Positions 61,973-64,000 of a DNA stretch of 64,000 nucleotides are shown here, piece after piece. Position numbers and translations under genes: made by a program. The notes under the pieces are model-generated. The model was not told the origin of the DNA and searched no databases. It saw nothing but the letters and a program-made list of their open reading frames with translations. Position 1 is the stretch's first letter. Each line of letters begins with the position of its first letter. The stretch comes from Amphiscolops sp. MND2022 (lineage: Eukaryota): the NCBI GenBank assembly GCA_964187785.1, contig OZ076413.1, positions 46,998,001 through 47,062,000 on the forward strand, written 5' to 3'.

Positions 61973-63664
61973 AATGCTTCATATTTGTTGTATGGCTCGG
62001 TCGCTTCGCTCCCTTCGCCAGGTCGGGAGGCCAAGCAACTTCGAGGCATGGCCATATGGCACGTCGCTCCGCTTCTCTCCTGCATTTAGGGCACTAGGAG
62101 TATGTGAACATAGCTGACTAGGGGAAATTGAAAATTTCATTTTAAAAATCTTTGAACGGACTTCGTTCCGGTCCGCCTGCGTCAGCCAATCAGATTACAG
62201 AGAATTATACAGTGCTAAGTATTTCTTCCTCTGGATTTCTGAAATCTTATTGGGCGATGAAAATATAATTTTATTCTTTCGGACTTGTGACCCGACACCG
62301 TGTAGATGTGCTAAAGTGAAGCTATTTTGCAGCTCACGTGAAGGTGAACAAACAGCGTGTAGATGCAATAAGGGGAAGCTATTTTGCAGCTAAAATGTAT
62401 TCACGCTAATGTGGTTTGCAGTGCACACGTCATTGGTTACACGTCGTTGGCTCATTACACGTGTCTGCTTACATGTATTTGCTGACTGCAAACATCGCCT
62501 TTACTTGTTGAGTATTAAATTATTTTGAAATTTGATTCAATGTTTCTGCAATTATTTTCATTGCTAAATTCTGAAATATAATTTAAAATTGTACTCACGT
62601 CGAGAAATATAAAATTTTGAAGAAATATTGCAGTTATTTTGCAGTTAATTTTTTATTGCGTATCCCTGAGAACGAGAGAGGAAAAAACGTTGCAAAAGAT
62701 TGTCATGACAATTCAACCTGAAACCAAACGTTACAATCCAACAAGTTGGCATCTATGATAAAAACATTTTGCGAGAAAAAAAGCATCGTTTTCCTAAGCT
62801 GCCGAGCTTCAAGTAATAAGGTTACTTTACAAAATATTCGATATTGACTAAGCATGATATTTATACAATTACAGGACAATGTCATCTATTTACCCCAGGT
62901 ACACCTTGATGGGAATCCCCCCAACACGAAAGCAGATTTTGTTCTTGAATAATAATATTTCACTAATAAGAGAATATTATATGAATGTATATACATAGAA
63001 GATTGTCTCTACAACTGTTTCGACACTCCAGGCAAAAAAATCTATCCTAATTTTTTGATATTATTGTTCAAAATAGCAGAAATTCACGCTAGGAACATGT
63101 TAAAATCGTATCAAAAGGCTCCTATTTCAACGCAAATTTTCTCCGTGATAAAATTTAATGAATGAGCAATTTTTAACTGACAATCAATGTAAGGGATAGG
63201 ATTATGTCGACATCAATTAATTTATAGATCAAAATTTCATTGCAACTTGCAATGGAATTTTGGTCTATAAATTAATTGATGTCGACATAATCCAGTTGAA
63301 ACAATGTCGAAATATGGTACTTGAACCTTGTGTTTTATTTCCCTTGCGTCCGTTTGGGGGAAATACAACACATGGTCCGGCACAAATTTCACTTGAAAGT
63401 AACTTTTTGCACTTGAGAACGATTCAACTCTTAACAAGACGCCCGCTGAGCACAGGGATATTTTCCGCTCAAAATATTACGCATCAGCACGGGTTCGAAC
63501 CCACCACCTAATGTATAACAGTTTGTAACGGCACCCTCTGGTACAGCCGATTTTGAAACTTTGACATGTTCAGAAACTTTGTCAAAAATTCTAATTCGAT
63601 GTGTGACGTGGCACTGAGCATGAGAATAGATGACATGGTCCCAATTACAAATTTTGTTTGGGAG

Positions 63665-64000
63665 GGGAGTATAAGATCTAAAGAATAAGATCTAAAATAT
63701 TAAGATGTTAACTTCTGATTTGATTGAATGAACAATGCCTCGGGCGTATATGTTAATTAGATGATGGGAGGGGGGAATAAGATCTAAAGAATAAGTTCTA
63801 AAATAATAATATCTAAAATGCTCAACATGCTCAACTTCGAAAAGGGGAATAAGATCTAAAATTTTAGATCTTATTCCCTTCAGATCGATCTTACTCTTTT
63901 GAGAAAGGGAATAAGATCTAAAATGCATTGATTTTAGATCTTATTCCCTTTAGATCTTATTCCCGTCCTGAAATTTTAGATCTTATTCCCTTTAAATCTC
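63665..64000. repeat. GGGAATAAGATCTAAA foldback repeat element (runs off the window end)
   Basis: Same family as 38430-39845. Confidence 0.8.

Larger units (their letters stand above)
59354..62668 (-). mobile_element. hAT DNA transposon with nested insertions
   Basis: Perfect 18-bp TIRs CAGGGATACGCAATAAAA; 8-bp TSD AGAACGAG (59346-59353, 62669-62676). Confidence 0.95.

Noticed and set aside
63485..63550. tRNA gene (GGGTTCGAACCC B-box)
   Set aside because: No complete cloverleaf; at most a SINE-like remnant, as at 40735 and 44281.

Overview
AT-rich, repeat-dominated animal (invertebrate-like) genomic DNA with spliceosomal GT-AG introns. The main feature is a complete 18.0-kb Ty3/Gypsy-type LTR element (861-18868; 412-bp LTRs about 97% identical, TSD ACGC). 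It carries a membrane-protein ORF upstream of gag and a ~2,700-codon gag-PR-RT-RH-IN frame with an RS-rich nucleocapsid extension. After integrase come an S/T/P-rich ORF with PSAP and LYPPL motifs, a ~900-aa class III (herpes gB / chuvirus G-like) envelope glycoprotein, and two accessory ORFs. No polypurine tract is visible. Together this looks like a complex endogenous-retrovirus-like element. The rest of the window holds a degraded, tandemly duplicated BEL/Pao element patched with LINE-derived repeats, and LINE fragments in which a solo LTR creates an in-frame Gag-LINE chimeric ORF. It also holds a complete 4-exon CYB5D1 gene with a hAT MITE just upstream, a young non-autonomous BEL/Pao element, and the first exons of a secreted Cys-containing protein. 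Finally there is a full hAT transposon whose transposase resembles oomycete-type hATs, with a nested Mutator-like MITE. Family assignments come from recognised motifs, not from database searches.
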